DNA of 63,364 nt, filler included, from Octopus bimaculoides (Eukaryota), in assembly GCF_001194135.2 (NCBI RefSeq). It is 4 parts of 4 records of this genome, joined end to end, with 100 filler letters (N's around TTAATTAATTAA, not from the genome) between each part and the next. Parts side by side here need not be neighbours in the genome. Positions count along the whole stretch, not along the records: positions 17,268 to 44,773 come from NC_069009.1; positions 44,874 to 61,926 come from NC_068987.1; 2 more parts are not named here. One strand, given 5' to 3'. Numbering within the stretch: the first letter of the stretch is position 1; every line of letters begins with the position of its first letter. This document shows positions 37,110-49,525 of the stretch, in pieces. The notes beneath the pieces were generated by a model, which was given only the letters and a program-made list of their open reading frames with translations, had not been told where the DNA came from and searched no databases. The position numbers were made by a program, and so were the translations under genes.

Positions 37110-37510
37110 ATTCTTTTACTCTTTTACTTGACTGCGGCCATGCTGGAGCACCGCCTTTAGTCGAGCAAATCGACCCCCAGGACTTATTCTTTGTAAGCCT
37201 AGTACTTATTCTATCGGTGTCTTTTGCCGAACCGCTAAGTTACGGGGGACCTAAACACACCAGCATCGGTTGTCAAGCGATGTTGTGGGGACAAACTCAG
37301 AGACACAAGCACACACACACACACACACACACACATACATATATACGACGAGCTTCTTTCAGTTTCCGTCTACCAAATCCACTCACAAGGCTTTGGTTGG
37401 CCCGAGGCTATAGTAGAAGACACTTGCTCAAGGTGCCACGCAATGGGACTGAACCCGGAACCATGTGGTTGGTAAGCTAGCTACTTACCACACAGGCACT
37501 CCTGCGCCTA
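37110..37510 (-). mobile_element. SINE family A copy (young)
   Basis: Highly similar to the copies at 41410 and 48366; another copy starts at ~37695. Confidence 0.85.
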
Positions 37511-37897
37511 TGTGAAATAGTTATTTTTCGAGATGGTCATTTTTCCTTTTATTTTTGTAAATATTTTTTGTTCTGCACTCATTTATTATTGTTCTTAGTT
37601 TATCGTAAGTCCAATGTCCGGAAATCTTACGTCACGCGTCTGTGACCCCGTCAGAGATTCTTCCATCCACGTGTATCTTTATATATATATATATTCTTTT
37701 ACTTGTTTCAGTCATTTGACTGCGGCTATGCTGGAGCACCACCTTCTAGTCGAGCAAATCGACCCCAGGACTTATTTTTTGTAAGCCTAGTACTTATTCT
37801 ATCGGTGTCTTTTGCCGAACTGATAAGTTACGGGGACACAAACACACCAGCATCGGTTGTCAATCGAGGGGGGGAGGACTAACACAAACACACGCAA

Positions 37898-37944
<47 letters not shown>

Positions 37945-38243
37945 CACACACNNNNNNNNNNNNNNNNNNNNNNNNNNNNNNNNNNNNNNNNNNNNNNNNN
38001 NNNNNNNNNNNNNNNNNNNNNNNNNNNNNNNNNNNNNNNNNNNNNNNNNNNNNNNNNNNNNNNNNNNNNNNNNNNNNNNNNNNNNNNNNNNNNNNNNNNN
38101 NNNNNNNNNNNNNNNNNNNNNNNNNNNNNNNNNNNNNNNNNNNNNNNNNNNNNNNNNNNNNNNNNNNNNNNNNNNNNNNNNNNNNNNNNNNNNNNNNNNN
38201 NNNNNNNNNNNNNNNNNNNNNNNNNNNNNNNNNNNNNNNNNNN

Positions 38244-38444
38244 TATATTTGGTGTTAATTTGCTTCAGCTTTATATTACATTAATCTTAATAAATGGCTG
38301 ATAGTTAGCAAGGTGAGACACACATAAGAAGGAAGGAAACAAAGGACCACTGATGAGGTCACAGAAGTGTGACGAAAGAACTCTGGCCGAAATAAGATTA
38401 AGATTAATGTAATATAAAGCTGAAGCAAATTAACACCAAATATA
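38244..38444. repeat. Perfect 48-bp inverted repeat (38244-38291 / 38397-38444), 105-nt spacer
   Basis: Base-by-base reverse-complement check; the left arm abuts a gap and may be longer. Confidence 0.95.
38344..38388 (+). ncRNA. Minimal type I hammerhead-ribozyme-like motif
   Basis: GGACCA-CUGAUGA-g-[GUCACA GAAG UGUGAC]-GAAA-GAAC-UC-UGGCC. Has the core boxes, a 6-bp stem II, a 2-bp stem III and stem I UGG/CCA + CC/GG. Deviations: one extra G and a non-palindromic stem III. Confidence 0.45.
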
Positions 38445-39084
38445 CAGTGCGTGTGTTTTTATTGGCTAAACTGGCAATATGACCATCCCCAAGTACAACA
38501 ACAATATATATATATATGTATATATATATGCGTGTGTGTGTGTGTGTGTGTGCACGCGTATGTACGACGGGCATACCATGCAACAATAGTAAGAGTCGTT
38601 AGAAAGTAATGGTAAAGAAGAAACGAGGCGAGAAGGACTCAACAGATCAGTCAGAATTAAACAGATCAATCTGTGTATCTCTGCCCTCCTCCCTTTGTTC
38701 TTTAGCCTCAGCTAGCGAATCCTAAACCCTGACCCTATGCCTAATTGGCTTTATTTATGCATTTATATTTCTTCACTTTTTACTTTCTTTATTTTTACTT
38801 TATGTTCGGTCCTCTCCCAGCTACCCACTTCTCTAAACCTCATGTAATAAAACATTACCTACACCGCACCTGAAGCCTATCAAAAAACCAGTCTAGCTGA
38901 CTCCTATCTCAGCCGGGTTGCTGACCTTAAATATCATATTACACTCTTTTTCAAACTATATTCTTAACCTAACTTCACCCCTTAACGCCCACAACGGCCA
39001 ATTTTGTCGGTCATTCTCCCATTTCATAATCAGCCTCGACAGACTTCAGCCATATTCTTGTGATATTCTTTTGTTTGTAAAATT

Positions 39085-41410
39085 ACGGGGTGTACAGGAG
39101 GGGTAGTACCTCTGACGGAGCAACAGTTGTGCTCCTCCTCGGAGTAGTTGATCCGCTTTGGTCCCCACCTGCACTCAGCTTTCACTTGTGTCTCCTAGTA
39201 GCTATTTGTATGCAACAGCGGCCACATCCCGGGCAACGGCTTCGACTAGCCAGCTAAACCAAATGAGGGTAGCCGACCGGTCTTAAACACTTCGGCGAGT
39301 TAGGGCTTGCCTACCTACGCATACGAAGACTGGAGCCGGCTGATTCTACAGAAGAAACCACCAGAACGGTTTCAACGGAGAAGAGGGCGGTTACAGCAGA
39401 GCACCGTGGAGTGCATAGGGCAAGATGAGGCACTTATAGGACATCTTGGTCATTCACTGCATCCGGTTGTGTCCCCAGTCGTCTCGATCTGGTCTTGCCA
39501 CTGGTTAAGACGGTCTCGGACGAGAGAGTGAGGTCGGCGATGCGCAACCCTTCCTCACTTTAAACAAAGTTTCCTCGCGCAAGTCATCCTTCATTCTTCT
39601 TTCCANNNNNNNNNNNNNNNNNNNNNNNNNNNNNNNNNNNNNNNNNNNNNNNNNNNNNNNNNNNNNNNNNNNNNNNNNNNNNNNNNNNNNNNNNNNNNNN
39701 NNNNNNNNNNNNNNNNNNNNNNNNNNNNNNNNNNNNNNNNNNNNNNNNNNNNNNNNNNNNNNNNNNNNNNNNNNNNNNNNNNNNNNNNNNNNNNNNNNNN
39801 NNNNNNNNNNNNNNNNNNNNNNNNNNNNNNNNNNNNNNNNNNNNNNNNNNNNNNNNNNNNNNNNNNNNNNGTCCCAAACATTGCTTGCTTCACCTACCCT
39901 AGCCAGCCTACCGCGACTGGAAGGAACCCTACACACTGCGGTCGAAACAAAGAACAAAGAAAAAAAACAAAGACTACACCACTCATCCTCACTGCTTGGA
40001 ACGTTCGTACGCTTCTTGACAGAGACGAGTCGGAGAGACCTCAGAGACGCACAGCACTCATAGCAAATGAACTCTCCAGATATAACATCGACATTGCTGC
40101 TCTCAGCGAAACCAGGCTGCCGGGCGAAGGCGAACTACAAGAAAAAGGTGCAGGGTACACTTTCGTTTGGAGTGGATGTGGACCTAAAGAGAGAAGAGAG
40201 GCTGGAGTTGGCTTTGCAGTTAAGTCGACATTGGCTGGCAAGTTGGTTGGTCCCCAAAAGGTATGAATGATCGCCTAATGACGATGAGACTCCCCCTTTG
40301 TCGCGGACAGAAGTACACCACCATTGTCAGCGCCTATGACCCCACCATGATGAATCCAGATGAGACCAAGGACAAGTTCTATGAAGACTTGAGCTCTGTC
40401 ATCACCGCGGTTCCCCGCGCAGACAAACTCATCCTTCTAGGTGACTTCAATGCGAGAGTTGATCGCGATAGTGTCTCCTGGGAAGGAGTGATTGGGAAAC
40501 ATGGAGTTGGCAACTGGAACGGTCTGCTACTCCTCCAGACCTGTGCAGAGTATGGTCTCCTGATCACCAACACCATCTTTAACCTTCCCACCCGCAACAG
40601 AACGTCATGGATGCATCCCCGCTCAAAGCACTGACACCTCATCGACTACATTATCATGAGGAAGAGGGACAGGCAAGACGTACGAGTTACGAAGACCATG
40701 TGTGACGCAGAATGCTGGACAGACCACCGCCTTGTATCCAAACTCAACCTTAGAGTTCAGCCCAAGAGACGACCACAAAATAGGAAAGTACCAAAACACT
40801 TGAACATCGGCAAGCTGAAGGATAGCAACGTCAAGCAGCTATTTACCGATACACTGGAGCAACGCTTGGACCCCATTGTGCCACAGGGTAAGGATATTGA
40901 GGAAGCGTGGGCTGCACTCCGGGTGACATTGTACGACACAGTCATGGAATGCCTTGGGCCATCTACAAAGAAGCACAAGGACTGGTTTGACGAGAACTGC
41001 ACGAAAAGCCATCGTGTTTACAAAGCTCACCTCATTGACCCCCAAGTCAGTTTCAAAGATGGACAGACTGCGGAGTGTACGGAGCACCATCCAAAAGAAG
41101 TTGCGCCAGATGCAGGATTCCTGGCTTAGCAGCAAAGCAGACATGATCCAGGGCTTTTCAGACAGGAATGACATGAAGAATTTCTATGACAGCTTGAAGG
41201 AAGTTTACGGCCCTACTACTGCAAGAACACTGTCTCCCCTCCTTAGTACTGACGGAGCAACACTGACCACCGATAAGGAAAAAGTATTAGAGAGATGGGC
41301 TGAACATTTCGACAGCGTCCTGAATAGGCCTTCCACCATCAATGGTGAAGCCATCGATAGGCTACCTCAAGTCCCCGTTGAAGAGTCAATGGACGTCGAA
41401 CCAACTTCAG
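39085..41410 (+). mobile_element. RTE-BovB-like LINE, 5' half (5' UTR, APE endonuclease, linker), ending at a SINE
   Basis: WNVRTLLDR, DIAALSETR, DKFYEDL, LLGDFNARV, WMHPRSKH*HLIDY, TDHRLV, WAEHFDSVLNRPS; frameshifts; GC-rich 5' UTR 39085-39605. Confidence 0.92.
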
Positions 41411-41793
41411 AAAGCATGCCGCCTACTATCCAGTGACAAAGCACCTGGTCCGGACTTATTCGACCCCAGGATTTAGTCTTTGGATGCCTAGTACTTATTC
41501 TATTGGTCTCTTTTGCCGATCCGCTAAGTTACGGGGACCTAAGCACACCGTCATCGGTTGTCAAGCGATGTTGGGGAGACACAGAGACACAAACATATAC
41601 ACACACATACATATATATACATATATACGACGTGCTTCTTTCAGTTTCCGTCTACCAAATCCACTGACAAGGCTTTGGTCGGCCCGAGGCTATAGTAGAA
41701 GACACTTGCCCAAGGTGCCACGCAGTGGAAATGAACCTGGAACCATGTGGTTGGTAAGCAAGCTACTTACCACACAGCCACTCCTGCGCCTAT
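41410..41793 (-). mobile_element. SINE family A copy at the break point of the RTE LINE
   Basis: The RTE frame ends at ...MDVEPT and family A sequence follows. Confidence 0.8.
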
Positions 41794-41794
41794 G

Positions 41795-43975
41795 CGTATG
41801 TACCTTAAAAGACATTCATTTCTCTATATATTATGAGGAAATACAGTCACTCAGTCTCTTTCGCACATGCACACACACATATATACAAAAAAAAATGTAT
41901 ATATATGTATTAATGTACGTGTATATGAAAGATAATGTGTGTGAGAGAGCGCGAGAGAGAGAGAGACCGAGTGAGTGCCACTTACACATACCTGTAAAAA
42001 ATATATACATGACAACACACACCTTCACTTACTCTCTCTCTCTCACACACACGTCCATTTCATATACACGTACATATATCTTTCACTTTCTCCTCTCTTT
42101 CAATTTCTGCTCTCTTCAAAACATTAATTTTTTTTTTTTTTTTTAATGGAAATTAACGAAAAATCATATGATTTGACAACTTTCCTGCTTCAAACGAAAG
42201 AATGCCATAAAATAACTTCCTTTGGCGCGTACACACACACACACACACCCTCTCTCTCTCTCTCTCGGTAAAAATTCTGTATAAATTACGTTATTTCTTG
42301 CTATGTGCACTCGCAAAATTACAGCTCAAATCCAATTGAAATCACCTTTTTCTATTCTGTAATTCTGTTTATGATGAGTGTATTAAAAAAAACCTGATCT
42401 TCGATATAATTTAAAAGGAAGTTCTCCCAAAAATCCTGTCCTCTACCCGTTGTTTCTAGCATGTCCGAGGTGATATTTGCGCCCCCACCACATTTTTNNN
42501 NNNNNNNNNNNNNNNNNNNNNNNNNNNNNNNNNNNNNNNNNNNNNNNNNNNNNNNNNNAGCTGTGCCGATTCTGCCTATAAGAAAGGAACAAATAATACC
42601 TTTTGGCTGTCATAATACCCGGGCAACACCGGGATGCATTGCTAGTGTATATATTGGATCATCCCATAAATAATATCCTTTTTAATATTTCTTTTATTTT
42701 CCAAAATTAAGATAATTAAAACCACCTCGGATCTGCTAGAAACAACAGGTAGAGGACAGGATTTCTGGGAGAGCTTCCTTTTAAATTATATCGAAGATCA
42801 GCTTTTTTAATACACTCATCACAAACACGAATTACAGAATAGAAAAAGGTGATTTCAATTGGATTTAAGTTGTAATTTTGCGCGTGCACATAGCAAGAAA
42901 AACGTAATTCATACAGAAGTTTTACCTAGAGAGACAGACAGAGTATGTGTGTGTGTGTGTGTGTGTGAAAGAGAGTGAGTGAAGGGGTGTGTTGTCACGT
43001 ACGTTTTTTGCATGTATTTGTATCTCTCACATACACACACACACACACACACACGTTATCTTTCATATACATGTACATAAATACATATGCATACATCATT
43101 TTGTATGTATGTGTGCGTGTGCATGTGAGAGAGAGAGTGACGGTATTTCTCCATAACATATAAAGAAATAGATGTCTTTTAAGGTACGCACTCATACAGA
43201 AAACGTGTCGTCGTCGGTGTCATGGTCTAAAATGCCGTTTACGATAGTTGAATCATAGAAAGATTATAATGCTAAATTTTTGTAATACAAATATGTAAAT
43301 GAAAATAAAGTTTATTTGATAGCCGAAAGATTACTGAATCTTTCGATATCCCATACGTCAAAATCGGTAACTCAGTTTTCGGATGTATTCGTTAATTTCC
43401 GTAATTTTTTTTTTTTTTTTATGCTTTGAAAAGAGCAGAAACTGAAAGAAGAGAGAAAGTGAAACCGCGACATTAGCTTTGAAGTGAGATCAGAAAGAGA
43501 AAGAGAGGCGAAAGTGAAAGATGTATGTGCGTATGTATAAGATGGAAATGTGTGTGTGTGTGCGCGCGTATGTGCGTAAGAGAGTGAGTGAGTGAGTGAA
43601 GATGTATTGTCATGTATGTGTAAGTGGCACTCACTCGGTCTCTCTGTCTCACACACACACATAAATACATATGCATACACCTTTTATTTTTGTATGTATG
43701 TGTTCGTGTGCATGAGAGGGAGAGTGAGTGACTGTATTTCTTCAAAACATATAGAAAAATGGATGTCTTTTAAGGTACAGTGATATAGAAAATCTGACGT
43801 CGTCGTCGTTGTGGTATAACATGCCGTTTACGATAGTTGACTTATAGAAAAGATTATAATGTTAAATTTTTGCAATGCAAATATGTAAATGAAAATAAAG
43901 CTTATTTGGTAGTCATAAGATTACTGAATCTTTTGATACTCCATACGTCAAAATCGGCAACTCAGTTTTCGAATG
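41795..43975. repeat. Complex inverted and tandem repeat array
   Basis: 42250-42474 is the diverged reverse complement of 42719-42945; 41795-42165 is inverted relative to 42970-43190 and 43390-43780; ~595-bp tandem period (gatgtcttttaaggtac at ~43171 and ~43762). Confidence 0.85.
42560..42645 (+). mobile_element. Helitron-like 3' terminus
   Basis: CCCGG-GCAACA-CCGGG hairpin (42618-42633), then CTAG|T at 42642-42646. Confidence 0.65.
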
Positions 43976-44388
43976 CATAAGAAAGACGCGCGCACACACA
44001 CATACACACACACAAACAAACTCTCTATTATATATATATGGAAGTATCCGTCTGTCGTTCCCTCTATCTGTCTTTCACATTCCCTGTATCTATCTCTTCC
44101 GGTTTCCTCCACTTCTTTGATATCAGCCACCCTCATTATGCCATGTTTCCCTGAACCTAACATTTTTGCACCCCTCTCATTTTATCATGTAATAGCCCAG
44201 CCCCCATAGTCGGTCCATTATTGACTTTTATTGAAATCCAATTAGCCTATAATTGAACTGGATGTTAGTTCAACATGTACACAAACTTTGGTGAGGATTG
44301 GTTCCTTGGTTTGGGCAGCAAGATGGTAACAGACAGACGAAAATTGCCATTTATATATGATCATGTACATATTTTCTTGCTGTTGTGA

Positions 44389-44545
44389 TTATAACACCTC
44401 GTTGTAAACAATGTTCCTTGTTTTCCCTTGTGGAGCATGTGCAAATAGGTTTTTTTTTTGCTGCCCACCCTTGAGCAGCCAACATACAGCTGTCCATGTG
44501 AGAAGCGGGGCTCTTCCAAGAGAAGACCAGCTACAGACAGTGCTC
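44389..44545 (-). mobile_element. Helitron helicase C-terminal fragment, second copy
   Basis: LSVAGLLLEEPRFSHGQLYVGCSRVGS...GKTRNIVYNEVL*; nucleotide similarity to 11630-11700. Confidence 0.8.
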
Positions 44546-44773
44546 ATCTGTTATGTTCGGGTTAAAATTTCATCAACATCAAAAATATATGAATTTTCAT
44601 GGGAGTTATGGCCGTTTTCAAATTGCAGACAAAATTTACAATCGATAAATGTCTCTCATCTGGGAAGGCCTTGAAATCAATGTTACCAACTGGGGACTAT
44701 GTGTGTCGCAGTGATAATAAAAAGACTCAAAGGAGGTCTGCAACGAAATAATTTTACTCAATACTTTGCAAGT

Positions 44774-44873
44774 NNNNNNNNNNNNNNNNNNNNNNNNNNN
44801 NNNNNNNNNNNNNNNNNTTAATTAATTAANNNNNNNNNNNNNNNNNNNNNNNNNNNNNNNNNNNNNNNNNNNN
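44774..44873. other. Synthetic scaffold spacer
   Basis: Same 44+12+44 structure. Confidence 0.95.
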
Positions 44874-47800
44874 CATCATCGCTTGACAACCGATGGTGGT
44901 GTGTTTACGTCCCCGTAATCTAGCGGTTCGGCAAAAAGAGACCGATAGAATAAGTACTAGGCTTACAAAGAATAAGTCCTGGGGTCGATCTGCTCGACTA
45001 AAGGCGGTGCTCCAGCATGGCCACAGTCAAATGACTGAAACAAGTAACAGAGTAGAAGAGTATTGCGTCCAGTGAGAGATAATACAATTTAATATATGAG
45101 CTACCGATAGTTTCGAAGCACAATGCACGATATATTAATCTGCCGGTTTATTGTATTTCCGTAGCATGAAACTAATAGTAGGTCGTGTGTATATTAAATT
45201 ATTCATATATATATATATATATATACATATATTCGTCTGCAGGTCTTGTACTGCGATACTAGCCAACACCAAGCTCTATGTACACGTTACAGCTATTTTG
45301 TTGTACGTTAGTATGGCGCACACAAGATAAATATATGTTTAAACTAGCTTGCAATTCTCTCCCCCCCCCCCCNNNNNNNNNNAATATGCCAACGTGCATC
45401 TCTTCGTTTATCAATCTGTCATCTATACACTCGACTCTCTCTCTCTCTTATTTCTCCTTTGTTTCATTATCTTCACATAGATGTAGATAGAATTATATCC
45501 GTCTCTCAGCCTACATTTTGCGACGTGAATTGTATTGAAATGTACTAACGCTTTATTTGTTGTTATTATTATTATTATTATTTTTTTTTTCTACTTTGGA
45601 AGAAAATAAGGAGTATTAAAATAACTTCCAAAGAAATAAAAAAAAAAGATGTGTTTTGTATATTTCTCACGAAACAGTGAAGAAATATGAAATAAAGAAG
45701 AGCAGATTATAAAAGAAACCTTGACTCGAACAAATTAGGTTTGTTATGATAATACATATGCTAAAAAGAAACTAATTTTTGCGCGCATGTGAATCTCCCC
45801 TTTCTTTCTCTGTATACATATGGTTATATATATGTGTGTTTATGGGTCTGTGTATATGTATGTATACACGCAGGACAAACAGTTGATCTATTTTCATTGG
45901 TGTATATAAACAGTTTAGAACTGTACTTTTCTGTGTCTATATCGTAAGCCTGAAAATACAAATTCTGTATGCGCTGTGCGTGTGTGCTCGCGCGTGTACG
46001 TGTGTCTGTAAATGTTAACTGTTTATGCTGACTGCATCAACTCGTTCATTTTGTTGTCATGTGGAATTTTGATGGCTGGTTATGATGCAAGACTGGATGG
46101 CTAAAACATGATCGATCTCAGTAACAATCTCAGATGGCGATTTGTTTTAGTTCTGGATTATATCATAATTTTTCATTGCTGTATTTAGGCACAGATCTCC
46201 TGATTCAAAAGATCTTTAATAATCTGAAGACATCCCAGGTGTGATCATTTTCAAGATAGCATGGTTTGAGGGGGGAGTGTGGCTGCTATTTCTAGCACGT
46301 CGTGTGACTGACTACAAAAGGGGCTTGTTCCTTCGTTGGTCGTTGTCTCGCTCATTTCAAATAGATGATAACTGAATAATATATATGTCCGTGTCGCGTG
46401 TGTATATGCGAAAATAGATGACAAACGGATATTTATTTTGTCGTTACTAAGGTGGGGAAAGAAATATGTGAGTTATTAAAAGAAATTTCAGTTTTTAAAA
46501 CTGAGAAAGATTTTGTGAACCTCTATTAAAATGTCGCCTTACTATTCCATAATTTTAGAAAAACAAAACAAAGTATTTTAACAAATATTCATTTTAGAGC
46601 AACGGCGCACTTTCTCACCAGCACCATAATCATAGTGCACATGCACTCATTCACATTGTGTGTGTGTATGTGTGTGTTTACAAGGAGTGACTCTCGGTAC
46701 TTAAGCAGAGCATGAAGTTTTAAAAATCAGTCATTTGATTGAAGCAGGCTACATGTAACATGTATCGACCCTTTTTTCGAGCTATCTCTCTCATAACAAC
46801 GATTTATATTAAAATACTATTTATTATGTGCATTAATTTAGATATATACATTGCCTACATTGCACTCATGTCTAAAACACTTTATACATACATACATACA
46901 TACATACATATTAACACACAGCCACACTCCGCTGCTTCTCCTCCCCCACACACATTTTATTCGATTGCTGTTTCTGATCCTGTTTTTAATTTATTTCAGC
47001 TATAATAGTAGTAATATTTTTTTTCTTCGCTTCGTTGGCCACAAAACGAATCACAATATAGTTCCATGTAAATAAAGCACCATATCGACGCGCACACATT
47101 CCAATATGTGTGTGTGTGTGTGTAATATATATATATATATATAATATATATATATGTATGTATGTATCAGTCAATGCAAGTAAATAATACTAATAATAAA
47201 TTGATAAAGACGATGTTAGGGGGTTGTGTTGAGGATAAACAAACAGCCCCCAAATTTTTTTTATCATTTCCGTTTGGTAACCAAATAAGCGACGGATTTT
47301 TTCGTCCCTCCTCGCTGTCGTCCTAGCTGTGTCTGATGCATGTAAAGAATGTCTATTTAATTTCTGATGCCAGTTTTTCGCTCCTGTATTCTGTCATTCT
47401 TCTGTGTTATTCCTGAATTTCATCATCCTCTTCCCGTTTTTAAATGGCTAGCTAGCTAACCCATCCAATAATCTTCGTAGCACCTCTCTCCTTTCTGTAT
47501 GACAAGAGTGATTATGAATAATTTTAAGACTTTTGTTTCGGTCATCTATATCGCATCTATCTATCTATCTATACCTCTGGTTTTCACCACATCACAGCTT
47601 TATACATACATACATATATACACACACACACGCACAAATTTAAATTTTGGACATAGAGTTACTAAAGGTTTCGTATATATATATACACACACACACATTA
47701 ACATTATTTCGTATTTATCGTTCTTGCTATTTATAAAATATAGAAATATACAATTGCGTTAATTTGAATGAAATATATATATTTTTCTTTCCTATTCCTT

Positions 47801-48365
47801 CACTGGATAATTATAATTCATATTTGTAGTTGATTTTGTCGTGGTGGAAGTAAATGCTGCAAAATGTACGATCCAGTTTCGACTTCCTGTTTCACCCACG
47901 CAATGGAGATCGCTTGACCTTCTAGAAATAGCAGTCAAATATTTCCTCTAGATCATTCTGTCTTTATATATAAGTCTGCTCTCTCAGGCCTGACTTCGGA
48001 CTGAATATATAACAAATGTTACATATTCTTGTTGTTTCAAATGAGAATTTGAAAAGTCGTGGCTTTCTCCCAACAGTAAAAAAAAAAAAAAAGAAAGAAA
48101 TAATAATAAACAGATAAATATTGTTTTCATCTTTTCTGGAGCTAAACTCTCAAATCATATTGAGTCTTATCTTTCACCCGTCTGAGCTCAATGAAATGAG
48201 TTGTTTAGATAAACCATACATGCTCTCTTTTTTCACATTTTGGGTCTTATACCCAAAATTCGAAATCGTCGTTGTTGCTGTTGTTATTAAGTTCAAGATG
48301 AGCTTCAACTGAGCCGACTTATCGAAGTTTATTCAAACCATGACCATCTCGTCTATATATTTACA

Positions 48366-48564
48366 CTTTTACTTGTTTCAGTCATTTGACTGCGGCCATG
48401 CTGGAGCACCGCCTTTAGTCGAGCAAATCGACCCCGGGACTTATTCTTTGTAAGCCTAGTACTTATTCTATGGTCTCTTTTTGCCGAACCGCTAAGTGAC
48501 GGGGACATAAACACACCAGCATCGGTTGTCAAGCAATGCTAGGAGGACAAACACAGACACACAA

Positions 48565-48613
<49 letters not shown>

Positions 48614-48807
48614 TACGACGGGCTTCTTTCAGTTTCCGTCTACCAAATCCACTCACAAGGCTTTGGTCGGCCCGAGGCTATAGTAGAAGACACTTGCCCA
48701 AGGTGCCACGCAGTGGGACTGAACCCGGAACCATGTGGTTGGTAGGCAAGCTACTTACCACACAGCCACTCCTGCGCCTATTACCACACAGCCACTCCTG
48801 CGCCTAT
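48366..48807 (-). mobile_element. SINE family A copy with a duplicated ~25-nt head
   Basis: accacacagccactcctgcgcctat occurs twice in tandem at the 5' end. Confidence 0.85.
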
Positions 48808-49465
48808 ATATATATATATTTTTTATCCAGTGTACTTTTTTCTTTTTTCCTGTGAGGTGTGATTTGAAAGAGATTTTAGCTGCTATTTGTAGCAAGTCGA
48901 CGTTTCCTCGTTGGCTTATCAACCACGCCGAGTTCTATCACAATCCACATTTTATACTTACAAATATCTTGTGGCTCTCTGCCAATGTAAGGAATTATCA
49001 TTTATTTACATCTTCACTACTGTTTGATACACGAATCTGTCGGCTTCCTTTCTCCCTATTTTTTGTTATTTTCCTTCCTTTCTAGCTTTTAATGTCGTTA
49101 TCATTTCGATGAGAGTTCTGATGAAATTATTTTAATGGCCTTCGATAATAGTGACGATGATGATGATGAATTTTCACTGCGCCATATTCGCCAGTCTTTT
49201 GTGTGCGTGTGTGTGTCTGTGTATGTGGGTGTGTGTCACAATTGCCTCAGTCTGGATTTTTATGCTTGATCAAGCTGTTTCTGTTTTGTGTTGGTGGTCG
49301 TGTTGGTGGTGGTAATGTACGGTCAGTTGCGGACAGTGCGGCTCCACCGACTGCTGCGTTTTAGCTTCCTTTTCATCTTGGCTTGTTTTCTTTAGAAACT
49401 ATATTGTCTTCTCCTCAAATAACCAGCTCTGTACTTTACAGTGCTAAGAATGATGCATAGATGTC

Positions 49466-49525
<60 letters not shown>

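Noticed and set aside
39230-39310. HDV-like ribozyme topology in the RTE 5' UTR (CGGCU/AGCCG, CUAA/UUAG, ACC-7nt-GGU, CGAG)
   Set aside because: P1 is only 5 bp with no leading G pair, L3 lacks the CC needed for P1.1, and a simple hairpin explains the pairing equally well.
48720-48780. tRNA-like A/B boxes at many sites
   Set aside because: They are SINE heads without a cloverleaf, not tRNA genes.
49310-49400. Signal-peptide-like MYGQLRTVRLHRLLRFSFLFILACFL
   Set aside because: Ends at an in-frame TAG with no donor; no supporting exon.
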